A stretch of DNA of 64,000 nt, taken from the IMG/VR virus record IMGVR_UViG_3300033273_000833, positions 1 to 64,000 of that record; one strand, given 5' to 3'. The notes beneath the pieces were generated by a model. That model was not told the origin of the DNA. It did not search any database and saw nothing but the letters and a program-made list of their open reading frames with translations. Origin of the DNA: a virus. Lineage: Duplodnaviria > Caudoviricetes. Positions within the stretch are counted from its first letter, which is position 1, and every line of letters starts with the position of its first letter. The translations under genes were made by a program, and so were the position numbers. Shown in pieces: positions 38,001 through 47,918 of this stretch.

Positions 38001-41000
38001 AGATCCGTTAGAACAATTAAGTTAAAAAATAATATAATGCGATCCGATAGATGGTATTTTTTCGCAGTAACTTATGATACTAATACTCAAAAATTAAAGT
38101 TTTTCTTATACGATCAACTTAGCTTTATAGATTCAAGCGAAGGTTTAGTAAATCAATTTTTTACTATATCGAGAAGAGACGACTTCCAAATTAATGGAGT
38201 AAAACACACCGAAGAAAGTGATACTTTTTTAGATATGTCTTTATCTCAATTATTCTTTTTAAACAAGCCAGCCTCTTTAGCTGAAATCGAGTCCTTCTGG
38301 AATTCTGGGGGAGGAATAAAATACAAAGAATCAATAGACTTAAATCGCTATGTTATAGCTTGGTTCGATTTCCCAGAAGGCTCCTTATTAGACCTACACA
38401 ACCAGAACCATTTAACTTCTTCTACAGCTTTTACAATTACAGAAGGTAGACGTAAGTTAGAAGCTAAAGATGATGAGGCTGAGATATTTTTAGTAAAGCC
38501 AACTATAGGTAATAATATATTATTTAATCTAGCTGAACATCGGCCCACATACGAAACTAACGGTATAAACAATCTACATTCTTTGCAATTTGATCAAACA
38601 AAAACCCCCTTCTTAGACTCTAATTTTACTTTAAACTTTAATACAGATTTTTCTTTTTATTTTTGCTTCAAATCTTCTGGAACAAATTCAGAGTTTAGGC
38701 CAATTGTAGATTTTTCTAATTCAGCAACACAGGGGCTATCAGTTTTATGGAAAGATACTCCAGAATCAAACTACCCAGGAATTTTAAAATTAATTGTAAA
38801 CAATCAAGAATTAGTATTTGAAAACGAACCTTTTATTAGAGACATAAATGTTGTAAACATAGAATGGAACAGAAAGAAGGAAAGAGTATTTTTATCATTA
38901 AATAACTCTAGACTTTCATCAGCTCCAAAGTCTCTAAAAAATACAGCAATCCATTTAAATTTTTCACAGACACCCATGTCTCTAGGCAAGTTTTATTATG
39001 ATAGCGAAAACGAATTAGGTAATTTCAACGGATTCCTTTCTGAGATATTATACCACTATGGATTAGCTCAAGTAGAAACACTTCAGTATTTTTCAGACAA
39101 ATATAACGCAATTCATCCTGGCACTAGCCCAGAGTATATATATGACGATGATGAACCTGCTATATTTTTTAATGTATCACAAATTAAACAATACATACAA
39201 GAAGGAACTAGCTATCTAGGAAGAATTCAATGCTCTCTATCAAATCCTATTTACTCAACAATTGAAAATAGCAATATTACAATTAACGAAAATGGAGACA
39301 TCTATTTAATAAGTCCAGCAGATAGAGATATAGATTCGTATCAGTATACAGTCATAACTTCAGACCAAGACTCAGATATTGAACAGTCTATGAGCTTTAT
39401 CACTTACGTTCAAAAGGACACGGTCATAGCTACTGTAGATACTAGTAATATCAAAACATTCTTAGCTGACAATGAAACCTCAAAAGGGACGGATTTAGGC
39501 TGTTTATCAGCCAACGAATCAGTCACATGGTCAACTCAAGATTCTTTGATAACAATAAACCCATACAGCGGCTGCATTACATTAAATGAAGATATTCCAC
39601 CTGGTACAGAGTCTATAGACTTTACAGTTTCAACATTAGATACAGAGGAAAACATTACTTCGTCAACAATAACCTTAACAATCTACAATCCAATAAGATC
39701 CTCTGAGTTAATATTTAAAAGTTCATACCCAAGTCCCACAATTGAACTAGATTATATACTTGAACCTGGGCAAGAATATATCGAAGTTGACTTCAATGAC
39801 GGCTTAGGCTACAGGTTAGTACATTACAATAATTTAACTTCGCCTATACCATCAAACTTTAGTACAGCAAACATTTTTCACAAAAACTCTCAAATATACA
39901 GCAACTACTTAAACAGCAATTATTGGAACGATTTTAATAAGTCGATACCCTTAATATCTTTACAGGATATCGCCTATCATGAATACGAAGAAAACTCTTT
40001 CGAGCAAGAATCCAGAGTTAAGTCTTATCAATTTATTAATAATTGGCAAGAATCAGATGTGCCAGAATCAGAAAATCTTTACCAAACTTTTAAATTCTCA
40101 GATATAAATCACTCAGACTTTAGTAATGCTCAAAATATAATCAACAATCTAAGTTATAAAATTGACAGGCAGTACCTAGAAGACGAAGATAACATTAATT
40201 ACAATGACAGGCTAGTATGGAGAAGAATTAGATTCACCCTATCCTCTAATCACTACTTTAAAATCAGAGGCAAATTTATATCCCTAAACGCAAGGCGTTA
40301 CGGATATAACGAAGGCGTCGATACGGGTTCTGAAAATCTAGCTGAACTAACTTTAATAGCCGATGAAGACTCAGTTCTGCAAAAGACATCATTTAATGGT
40401 TTTGACATCTCAAATCTTACATTAAATATAGAAACCGATCAATTAGTTGATTTAACAAAGTTTTTACAAGGATGTCGAATTGCAGACATTTCAATAATTA
40501 ATTTCAATACTTCAAATGTACTATGTATGTCAAATTTTGCTTCGAGAATGTACAGCAAAAATACCGTAGACCCAAGTGACTCAAGTCGGTCATTATTACC
40601 TATAAAAAATTTAATACAAAATGACATAGATTTTTCAAATGTATTAACTATTGATAGATTTTTATACGATTCACATGATTTTACCTACTCAAGCCAATTC
40701 AACGCAACACTTATTAATGGATACCAAGAAACCGATGTAACATCCTGCGAAGAAAACTGGGATCAGTGGCTGTTGGATAATAATAGTAACCACGAACACG
40801 ATATTAATTTATCCCAAGCCGATTTCAGCAATTTACTATCTATGAGTGAATCCTTCAGGGGCTGGTGTTCAAATTTTCAAGTCATATTTGATACTCAAAC
40901 TACAAAGACTTATACAAAAGTAAAAAATATGTACAGATGCTTCAGCGAGTGCCAGATCGGCATACATCCAATTTTATCAAATATAGTTAAATTCGTCTCT

Positions 41001-44000
41001 TTATCCAACTATAACCATAGTAGCATTTATCCTACCCAACAAAAAATTGTATCATCATTATCTTATAGATCAAGTGAATACGCTACAGATTATTCATACA
41101 GCAGCTATAGGTCGGAAAGAGACAATTATTTCTTTTTCGAATATTCAGACGAAAGAGTGATTAAGACGACTTATGGCGATACAGGTACAATTATACATAA
41201 CAACAAAGTTTATTCAAATAGCGCAAATCATTATCTACCAGAACTACAAGTCACACCAGTATTAATACCTTTTTTCACAAAAACAACAGTAGATTTAAGC
41301 TTATTCACAAATGGACTCAAAGATATTAGTTATCTATTTAGAGAGTTTTATAGTTTTTCTGATATTAATTTCACAAACCAATTAAAATCAACAAATTTTT
41401 CAGAAGTTATTGATATTAAAAAACTTTTTACTTCTAGTTTCTTGATTCAAAATATAACATTTCCAAATAATTCTAACCTAGCTCCCTCAAACATCAAAGA
41501 TTCCTCAGCTATGTTTAGCGAATGTTACACTTTAAAAAATGTTAACAATTTCGAATACATGTCTATACCAAACTCTGAAAGTTGTGAAAACATGTTTTAT
41601 TATTGCGTAGACCTCAAATCCATAAAAATACCTCACTTAAATAAAGTAAAGTCTCTACATAGAATGTTTTATCATTGCATCAATCTATCATTAATAGAAG
41701 GCTCTACAGATGCATTTGGATACGGAGGCCCTAACTCTACAGGTTTAATTGATCTAGAGGACGGCTCAGAATGCTTTTATAAAAATGAAAAATTAAAAAC
41801 CTTAAACTTATCTAATATAACTTCAACTAAATTATCAAATATTAATAAAATGTTTTATGGTTGCAGAAGACTTTCATCGATTTATATTGGAGAAACATAC
41901 GTCAATGAAGGATCAGCATCTAATAGTGATAAAAATTTCTACCTAGGTAATGTGACCACTGCGAATTTAGCCTTTTTTCAATGTGAATTCTTAAGATGGT
42001 TCTGTCGAAAAGGAGAAAATATTTTTGACATAGAAAGAATTAATTTGCAAAATTGCTCCAGTGCGGTAGGCATCTTCAGATATTGCTTTAGACCTCTTTT
42101 TCTAGACCTTCAAGATGTTATATTAAACCCTTTACGAAGCACTAATACCTACGACTACCCAAATGATATAGGAAAATTCTTACAACCAATAAGCTTTTGG
42201 GATTTTTCGCAAAGCTTAGAGGATAATCTATTAGAAGCCTGCACATATCCAGATAAGTATTCAGAGCTGGTTGATTATTTTTTTCAAGAACAAGACTTAC
42301 TAGACTCTGGAGATTTTGATCTCGCGAGTAAACCTCCTGTATTTAAAAAAGGTACAGAAGTTTCGAATTTCCCTCAAGCCGAAATAGAAGGGTTAGTAGA
42401 CAAAGGTGATTTCAATATTGAAATCATACTTGCTCACAACAGCTCTTTTGATTTAAGATACATAAAAGCGATAATCTCGCCAAACTACGAGCACTATGAT
42501 TTGTTCCTAAACTCACTAACAGACGGAACTTCAATCAATACAGTTAGAATTTTCTGGACTTACTCCACCCACCCGAACGAAAGTTCTATATTAACCAACC
42601 ATTTCGGCACGAGCGCAATTACTCCTTACGAATTTTTTATAGCTCAAGGAGGAAATTACGAAGGAGAATTATGTATCTTTATAAAAGATAGAAACTCAAC
42701 CGTTCAAGATATAATCGAAGCTAATCGGGGTCCAGGCATCAAATTTGAAACTCTGCTTGATGTAGAAGCAGATCCTATCGGCACCTTAGACCTAGACGGG
42801 TCTCCTCAATACTCCTCAGGGAGCTTAAGTAATAGCTCAAATTCTTCATACATTTCCGCTAATTATGCAATTAAGCCTTGGTTTACCTACCGAAGCAATT
42901 TAATTTTAGATTTAAACGAAAACTCTGGAATTAATTTAGCTAACGCTTTTAGAAACTGCACCCTTATTGAAAATGTATTCATAAAAGGCTCTTCAGCAAA
43001 AATAAATAATTTTTCTGGAGCCTTCGGTCACAACACATCACTCAGGTATTGTGACACATCTAGCATAAATTTCTTAGATAATTACACAAGTGAATCTGCT
43101 TTTTTTAACTGCTTAAACCTTAGGCAGGTCAATCTTGGTTCTAATTTCTTACCTCAAAATAATCAAAATAGAAACCTAAGAAGTATGTTCATGTATTGTG
43201 ATTTTTTAGTTAAAATAGATAATGATTGTGCTGATTGGTATGGACCAAACTTAAAAACAATAGAAAACTTGTTTAACAGATGTAGTTTATTAAAGCAAAT
43301 TAATCTATCCAACTTAAGTCCAGTAAAATGTAAATATATGGATTTTGCTTTTCTTTCTTGCACAAGCCTAGAATCTCTCGATTTAACAAACTTCAACAGC
43401 CATAAACTGCAGTCTTTAAAGAGCGCGTTTAGCCACTTATCTTTAAAATCATATTCAGGTCTACTAAATTACTATTACAACCCATCAGCTCTTAGATTAA
43501 ATTACCTACCTTCTGCAAAAATAATTCCTTATACTATTGCATATGAAGACATACTCTACAACTCAAACACAAATACGTCTGTATTTTTTAGTAATTCCTA
43601 CCTAAATATGCTAAGAGAAGGAGATAGATTCACAGAGCTTTTCTCATGCGCTTCAAAATTTGGTCCACTTAAATTCGAAATCCCCGAATTACACAACATT
43701 TCATCAACGCGCGTAGATCTTGATTTATCCAGCCTGGATTTATCGAACGTAAGAGACGCGACCTCACTAGATTCGCTTGATGGAAGCTTGGGTTATAGTA
43801 GCTCCTATGTAAGATACGGCATAGCCAGGAACCCAGACGATACCTTTGATATAGAAGCTCTACACTCTAGAGGCCTGTGGAGACACGATGACTATAATTA
43901 TATCTCAGAAAATACATTAACAATAAATAGTGAAGGAGAAATTACTTCTATAGAAGAACCATTATATATATCAAACTATAACAGTAATTACGAAGACAAT

Positions 44001-45701
44001 CTTGACCATCAAAATTATCTCACTTACACTTATGGTACATTATATACACTTTCGTTAAATCCTAGAGCTACCGAGATGAATCCATACGACAGAGAAGCGA
44101 CAACAGATGATATTATAAACAGCGCCTCAGACCCAGATCTCGAATACCAATCAACAGAAAAAGGTTTTAACGCGGGCAACGGCGCCAGAATGAATGATTC
44201 TCGTGGTTACAATAATGATCGACACCCAGAAACGACTTTACTATCAAACGGCTCGAATGCTCTTTCTAATCTTTTTTATAATTCAAAAATTAATAATTTA
44301 AAAATAGGAGGAAGTTTTGAGATTCCAAACATTGAACCGACTTTAAAAACATATGATTACGGACATGGTATAAATTTTAATTCAGATGCCGATAATTTTT
44401 TTAATTTTGAAAAAAATTCAAATGATCCAAGTTATGCAGCAAGTAACCCTTACTTTTCTGATGAAAACCACAGTAATAAATGGAGCACAAGCGTTAGGGG
44501 GGTTAGAGCTCCAAGTCCATTATCAATGTTTCGTAGTTCGTATATAAATAACCTAGAAATATCAAATAATTTCCTTCAGTCATGTGAAAAATCTTATGCT
44601 TTAACCGCTATGTTCTATATGGCTAACATCTCAAGTTCGACAGGCTTAGATTTTACAAAACTCAAGACAGATAGCGCAATTTATATGGATCAACTTTTCT
44701 TCGGATATAACGGTACAAACATAAACACCTCCACATTCAAAACCAGCAAAGCTGTAACGATAAAAAATCTTTTTTACAACATCTATAACATATTTAATCA
44801 TAATATAATTACAACAAGCTGGGACACGAGCAATGTCAAGAATTTTGAACACGCTTTCGCTTGGCCCGCAACTACAGGAGGCTCAAACCAAACAGAAGTA
44901 GATAGCATTCTATCCACCTTTGAAATCAACCTATCGGGACTTTCATTCAATTCAGCAGAATTAATTAGAGGAATATTTTGGTACAATAATATTAACTACA
45001 TGATACTACCAACAAATAATTTATTAAGACCTTCTTCTAGAAAAATTTTTACACTAAATAATGTATTCGCAAATTCTGGACGATTTGGTTCATCGACGCC
45101 GTATTCCTTTGCCTTGCCACATTCAAATGAAGATATATTGACAAAAGTTAACGCTTTTTTAAGCTTTCTTGAGCCAGGGCTAACCAATAGAATATCCCTT
45201 AACTCAGCTTTCAATGCTCTAACTCCAGGTAATCAACAAACTACTGAAGATAACCCGACTTACGGATATTACAACACAGACAACAGCTCAAGAAGATCTC
45301 AGCCATATATTTTAGATTTAACGCCTATTGTAGGCAAGTCTATAACGTCATTATATTCTACATTTTTAACATATTTTGGCGGACAGCTAGCAAAGTCTCC
45401 TTTCATAACATCTATCACTAACATTGAGAATTTGTCATTTGACGAAGAAGTAGACGCCTATGACCTATTTAGCGCACTCAGAAGAGTCCATCCAGATTTA
45501 GCAATGAATTTATCTTCTTGGTGTTTGCCTAACGTAGATTATACAGAAAGCGATTTTTTTGATCAAAACAATATACACAATAGCCCTCAGGCCCCAATAT
45601 ACAGCTTTGTAGTATCTGATAGTCAAGGCGGGTATCACGAAAAATCTTCTGCCGCTAATGCAGGAGTTACTTTACCTAATTTTGGTGAACCTTGTGCATA
45701 A
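35004..45701 (+). CDS. Giant 3565-aa multidomain protein: about four LamG domains, cadherin-like repeats, BspA/DUF285 leucine-rich repeats
   Basis: LamG patterns (FSISTWV..WH, FTIDVF..FHVA, FSIIGWF..WYFFAVTYD, FNGFLSEI); LRR units such as WDTSNVKNFEHAF and FKTSKAVTIKNLF; C-terminal NLSSWC...P.FG..C typical of DUF285 proteins; no signal peptide. Confidence 0.75.
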   Translation: MSLRINRRNNFLEIKEGSNLKIFRAPTRDPNQIPDHDFAYHLGYHNGNNYGLSSNPQFHVNSDSEYYSSSALKFNGTEFLESKEINLLNKNSFSISTWVNTESELEEFLVTDVDSSGDGSFYLKSNNASGRPEFGIYNGVNEFAYVTGNSGINDGDWHLININFSCDKPNEEVSIELYIDSFLQESKSLSGILHLDSLSGNGLWETRKLEASKLTDDDQTSYIEMTNSQEESDLYFAEPITGGIDKIRYRAINDEANFGEIKTSLILKNKDTSEISTWELQSFKSSNFDNQKAISNPTPLYFGQTPFPPPIPEKGISYGPVESVFTAGCPSECLSYDNSLKTWFPIQDYSISSPHASRVIINIPTIKQYVYAGSPKITIQAGGVFTIYSSHINSSTTLNVIFLPIGSTPSLTVNETTNTIDISYPKRNSYFSSTDPALVDILNFINNQDNFTATTTATTYYKNQPMRGLNDGSYQATDETESTNPQAHYPLRAEDARDYETNSSGDVINHEEQYIYANFNTWQTEAPFLYGHDWDSANFTNYEILGIRYHYSSELSNSSTNGMTFSRIIEFGLYLNNTEYDLWTFLPLNNFSGLTSNINNQNNFTIGSSSSNNKEKFYKGEIDQLIIFDKTISQDEINFLYNNNRDNVSYSKELAEDMKVISWYDFANSEIVGWDRHYRKSEKNVARLYHLNNTRKDSSSYAVLPEEFGDIQYSNDVFKFSDYSAYFDGETYLFDEGGKELSFHGNFTIDVFLNFAQIPGADRQELLRTNHFKKTGTSLSIYFQNNRLYFDMYLGLKQFMFIESNELDISTDIFFHVAICRDRENVYLFFDRKICGQASFPYYLPIDNASEGLYIFNEFNGYAQDFRIITEACLYQPEKDIDEFTNRLSSEFYERNILTTTSHYPITKKVEFNDSDGIYIPSKHFIETAHDHKAFNFHKNSFSIIGWFRLENLIKSGFILGSWNDEGGNSHSYAIRYVKNFRDQVNTLVFLASEDGTNFRSVRTIKLKNNIMRSDRWYFFAVTYDTNTQKLKFFLYDQLSFIDSSEGLVNQFFTISRRDDFQINGVKHTEESDTFLDMSLSQLFFLNKPASLAEIESFWNSGGGIKYKESIDLNRYVIAWFDFPEGSLLDLHNQNHLTSSTAFTITEGRRKLEAKDDEAEIFLVKPTIGNNILFNLAEHRPTYETNGINNLHSLQFDQTKTPFLDSNFTLNFNTDFSFYFCFKSSGTNSEFRPIVDFSNSATQGLSVLWKDTPESNYPGILKLIVNNQELVFENEPFIRDINVVNIEWNRKKERVFLSLNNSRLSSAPKSLKNTAIHLNFSQTPMSLGKFYYDSENELGNFNGFLSEILYHYGLAQVETLQYFSDKYNAIHPGTSPEYIYDDDEPAIFFNVSQIKQYIQEGTSYLGRIQCSLSNPIYSTIENSNITINENGDIYLISPADRDIDSYQYTVITSDQDSDIEQSMSFITYVQKDTVIATVDTSNIKTFLADNETSKGTDLGCLSANESVTWSTQDSLITINPYSGCITLNEDIPPGTESIDFTVSTLDTEENITSSTITLTIYNPIRSSELIFKSSYPSPTIELDYILEPGQEYIEVDFNDGLGYRLVHYNNLTSPIPSNFSTANIFHKNSQIYSNYLNSNYWNDFNKSIPLISLQDIAYHEYEENSFEQESRVKSYQFINNWQESDVPESENLYQTFKFSDINHSDFSNAQNIINNLSYKIDRQYLEDEDNINYNDRLVWRRIRFTLSSNHYFKIRGKFISLNARRYGYNEGVDTGSENLAELTLIADEDSVLQKTSFNGFDISNLTLNIETDQLVDLTKFLQGCRIADISIINFNTSNVLCMSNFASRMYSKNTVDPSDSSRSLLPIKNLIQNDIDFSNVLTIDRFLYDSHDFTYSSQFNATLINGYQETDVTSCEENWDQWLLDNNSNHEHDINLSQADFSNLLSMSESFRGWCSNFQVIFDTQTTKTYTKVKNMYRCFSECQIGIHPILSNIVKFVSLSNYNHSSIYPTQQKIVSSLSYRSSEYATDYSYSSYRSERDNYFFFEYSDERVIKTTYGDTGTIIHNNKVYSNSANHYLPELQVTPVLIPFFTKTTVDLSLFTNGLKDISYLFREFYSFSDINFTNQLKSTNFSEVIDIKKLFTSSFLIQNITFPNNSNLAPSNIKDSSAMFSECYTLKNVNNFEYMSIPNSESCENMFYYCVDLKSIKIPHLNKVKSLHRMFYHCINLSLIEGSTDAFGYGGPNSTGLIDLEDGSECFYKNEKLKTLNLSNITSTKLSNINKMFYGCRRLSSIYIGETYVNEGSASNSDKNFYLGNVTTANLAFFQCEFLRWFCRKGENIFDIERINLQNCSSAVGIFRYCFRPLFLDLQDVILNPLRSTNTYDYPNDIGKFLQPISFWDFSQSLEDNLLEACTYPDKYSELVDYFFQEQDLLDSGDFDLASKPPVFKKGTEVSNFPQAEIEGLVDKGDFNIEIILAHNSSFDLRYIKAIISPNYEHYDLFLNSLTDGTSINTVRIFWTYSTHPNESSILTNHFGTSAITPYEFFIAQGGNYEGELCIFIKDRNSTVQDIIEANRGPGIKFETLLDVEADPIGTLDLDGSPQYSSGSLSNSSNSSYISANYAIKPWFTYRSNLILDLNENSGINLANAFRNCTLIENVFIKGSSAKINNFSGAFGHNTSLRYCDTSSINFLDNYTSESAFFNCLNLRQVNLGSNFLPQNNQNRNLRSMFMYCDFLVKIDNDCADWYGPNLKTIENLFNRCSLLKQINLSNLSPVKCKYMDFAFLSCTSLESLDLTNFNSHKLQSLKSAFSHLSLKSYSGLLNYYYNPSALRLNYLPSAKIIPYTIAYEDILYNSNTNTSVFFSNSYLNMLREGDRFTELFSCASKFGPLKFEIPELHNISSTRVDLDLSSLDLSNVRDATSLDSLDGSLGYSSSYVRYGIARNPDDTFDIEALHSRGLWRHDDYNYISENTLTINSEGEITSIEEPLYISNYNSNYEDNLDHQNYLTYTYGTLYTLSLNPRATEMNPYDREATTDDIINSASDPDLEYQSTEKGFNAGNGARMNDSRGYNNDRHPETTLLSNGSNALSNLFYNSKINNLKIGGSFEIPNIEPTLKTYDYGHGINFNSDADNFFNFEKNSNDPSYAASNPYFSDENHSNKWSTSVRGVRAPSPLSMFRSSYINNLEISNNFLQSCEKSYALTAMFYMANISSSTGLDFTKLKTDSAIYMDQLFFGYNGTNINTSTFKTSKAVTIKNLFYNIYNIFNHNIITTSWDTSNVKNFEHAFAWPATTGGSNQTEVDSILSTFEINLSGLSFNSAELIRGIFWYNNINYMILPTNNLLRPSSRKIFTLNNVFANSGRFGSSTPYSFALPHSNEDILTKVNAFLSFLEPGLTNRISLNSAFNALTPGNQQTTEDNPTYGYYNTDNSSRRSQPYILDLTPIVGKSITSLYSTFLTYFGGQLAKSPFITSITNIENLSFDEEVDAYDLFSALRRVHPDLAMNLSSWCLPNVDYTESDFFDQNNIHNSPQAPIYSFVVSDSQGGYHEKSSAANAGVTLPNFGEPCA

Positions 45702-45707
45702 ATTTTA

Positions 45708-45736
45708 TTGACATTGATCTTTTTTTAACTTATAAT
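45708..45736 (+). promoter_or_regulatory. Consensus sigma70 promoter for nrdB
   Basis: TTGACA-17-TATAAT; ATG at 45753. Confidence 0.85.
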
Positions 45737-45752
45737 CGTTATATATAAAATT

Positions 45753-46766
45753 ATGAAAGATAAAACTGGAGAACTATTAACAAAAAATATTGCAGGAGTA
45801 AATAGAATTTTACCTCATAAACATAAATACGCATGGGATTTATTTTTAAAAAGTTGCGCAAACAATTGGATGCCTACAGAAATTTCTATGCAAAATGACA
45901 TCCAACAATGGAAAAACAATGAAATCACAGAAGATGAAAAACTCTTGGTTAAGCGCTGCCTTGGATTCTTTGCTGGATCTGAGTCTTTGGTTGGTAATAA
46001 TTTGCTTTTGTCAGCTTTTAGATTTATTACTGACGCTGAGTGTCGTCAGTACATTTTGCGTCAAGCGTTTGAAGAAAGCTTACACAACTTGACCGTAGTA
46101 TATATATGCGACAGTCTAGATCTTGATATAGAAGAGGTCTTTACTGCCTACGAAACAATACCTAGTATAAAAGCAAAAGATGACTTCTTAATGAATATAA
46201 CCAACGACATCAGTAGGCAAGACTTTGATCCTCACACAAAAGAAGGCAAGCAAGAAATTCTAAGGAACTTTCTAACGTACTGGATTGTATGCGAGGGTAC
46301 ATTCTTCTTCAGCGGCTTCGCAATGCTTTTGGCGCTAGGCAGACAAAACAAGCTTCAAGGAATTTCGGATCAAATTAAATATACATTGAGGGACGAAAGT
46401 TCACACATTGCATTTGGAACTTATTTAATTAATACATTAATCGAGCAGAATCCTTCTATATGGACTAAGGCAATTCAAGATGAATTTGTCGAACATATAA
46501 AAAAGGCTGTAGAGCTAGAAATCGCATATGCACATGATGTACTTCCTACTGGAATTTTAGGATTAAATGCAGAAATGTTCGTCGATTATATGCACTACAT
46601 CGGCAATAGAAGGTTAGAAGCAATAGGTCTAGACTATCGTTTTCCTAGTGATAAAAACCCTTTCCCTTGGCTAGGAGAAGTTGTTGACGTACAAGCTATG
46701 GGTAACTTTTTTGAAAGAAGGGTTAGGGAGTACCAGCAAAGCGGATCTTTAGAAGACGATTTCTAA
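45753..46766 (+). CDS. nrdB: Ribonucleotide reductase beta subunit with class Ic (R2c, Mn/Fe) signature
   Basis: Ligands E77, E108, H111, E181, E215, H218; Val115 at the radical-Tyr position; NFFERRVREY tail. Confidence 0.93.
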   Translation: MKDKTGELLTKNIAGVNRILPHKHKYAWDLFLKSCANNWMPTEISMQNDIQQWKNNEITEDEKLLVKRCLGFFAGSESLVGNNLLLSAFRFITDAECRQYILRQAFEESLHNLTVVYICDSLDLDIEEVFTAYETIPSIKAKDDFLMNITNDISRQDFDPHTKEGKQEILRNFLTYWIVCEGTFFFSGFAMLLALGRQNKLQGISDQIKYTLRDESSHIAFGTYLINTLIEQNPSIWTKAIQDEFVEHIKKAVELEIAYAHDVLPTGILGLNAEMFVDYMHYIGNRRLEAIGLDYRFPSDKNPFPWLGEVVDVQAMGNFFERRVREYQQSGSLEDDF

Positions 46767-46767
46767 A

Positions 46768-47454
46768 TTACTTATCTTTCTTTTTCTTACTCGATTCTTG
46801 AGCTTTTTTTAAGGACTTAGGGTCTGGGTAATCTTTATCTCCAGGTTTTGCTGGTTTATAATTTTTACCCATTCTTTTTTTCTTGTTTCTAATATTTTCC
46901 CAAAGCCCAGGTTTTGAAGCGTCGGATTCTTTTTCCTTGCTAGGAGTTTTATCTTTTTTATCTTCCTTAGTATCTTTGCCTTTTTTTTGTAAAATTTTCT
47001 TTTGGAGAGCTGGAGGTAACTTTTTTTGTTCTTTTGTTAGTTCGGCATCCGATTCATCTAGAAAAGATACCATCTCTTCCTCGGCTTGTTGCTCTCCTTT
47101 AGTCATTTTGGTAACGCTTTTCTTACTCCACATTTTACAACTCCAATATTTAGCTTTCGTTTTAGGTCCAGGATTATCGCAACCATGCCTAGCCCTAAAA
47201 CTTTTACGCCTTGCAGGATCGTCCCGCTTAATAGACATATTTGGGTCCCCGAAATTAACTTTCACTACGTTGCCTTTATCGTTTTTAACGTAAACAGAAA
47301 ACTTCTTAGGTCCACCAGGAGTTCTAAAGGGTTTATTTAATTTTTTTCCTTTATTTTCCTCTGCAGCCCAAGCTTCTTCCGAAATAAATTCTTCATTTCC
47401 TTGTTGTGCTAATAGTTGATCTTTAATTTGTTGAGTAAAATCTAATTCTTTCAT
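46768..47454 (-). CDS. Lys-rich phage protein with KVNFGDPNM...RRKSFRARHGC...YWSCKMW domain
   Basis: Motif type I recall from uncultured aquatic phages; very basic C-terminus; GTGTA motif 9 nt upstream. Confidence 0.7.
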   Translation of the reverse strand: MKELDFTQQIKDQLLAQQGNEEFISEEAWAAEENKGKKLNKPFRTPGGPKKFSVYVKNDKGNVVKVNFGDPNMSIKRDDPARRKSFRARHGCDNPGPKTKAKYWSCKMWSKKSVTKMTKGEQQAEEEMVSFLDESDAELTKEQKKLPPALQKKILQKKGKDTKEDKKDKTPSKEKESDASKPGLWENIRNKKKRMGKNYKPAKPGDKDYPDPKSLKKAQESSKKKKDK

Positions 47455-47462
47455 ACATAATT

Positions 47463-47512
47463 TTACACTGTGTTTATGTAATAAATAAAACTTTTTTCAC
47501 TTTTTTGTGTAA
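47463..47512. promoter_or_regulatory. Divergent pair of GTGTAA motifs (47463-47468 minus; 47507-47512 plus)
   Basis: Each GTGTA lies 9 nt upstream of its ATG (47454 and 47521). Confidence 0.7.
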
Positions 47513-47520
47513 CCTTAGTC

Positions 47521-47916
47521 ATGGAATATAGCAAGCAAGGCGTACCAGGAAAATTAATAAATACTCAATTAGCTTCAACTAATTTAGCAGAAGTCACTGA
47601 GTTCGAAGGTCAGAGAATCCAATCAGCATATTTTTCTACTTGCGGAGAAAGCATAGGCATACAAGCTCCCGAAGGAAGGAGTATTGTAATTACTGATGTA
47701 ATCCATGGAGCAACAGGAGGAACAACTGGTGATAGTACCGACCTAGAACTATGCTTTAAAGACTCAAAAACTTCAAACGCCTCAACTAGAGTAGTCTTTT
47801 TAGTAATGCCAGCCAGAACCACTCACACGTTTTTCACTCCCATACTTTTGCCTGCTGGAAAATTTTTAAATTTCCGCAGCGGTTCCGATTTAACAATTTG
47901 TTATTATATAGTTTAG
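47521..47916 (+). CDS. Hypothetical protein, possible beta-sandwich virion accessory protein
   Basis: 131 aa; GTGTA motif 9 nt upstream; IVITDV...PILLPAG beta pattern. Confidence 0.55.
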   Translation: MEYSKQGVPGKLINTQLASTNLAEVTEFEGQRIQSAYFSTCGESIGIQAPEGRSIVITDVIHGATGGTTGDSTDLELCFKDSKTSNASTRVVFLVMPARTTHTFFTPILLPAGKFLNFRSGSDLTICYYIV

Positions 47917-47918
47917 TC

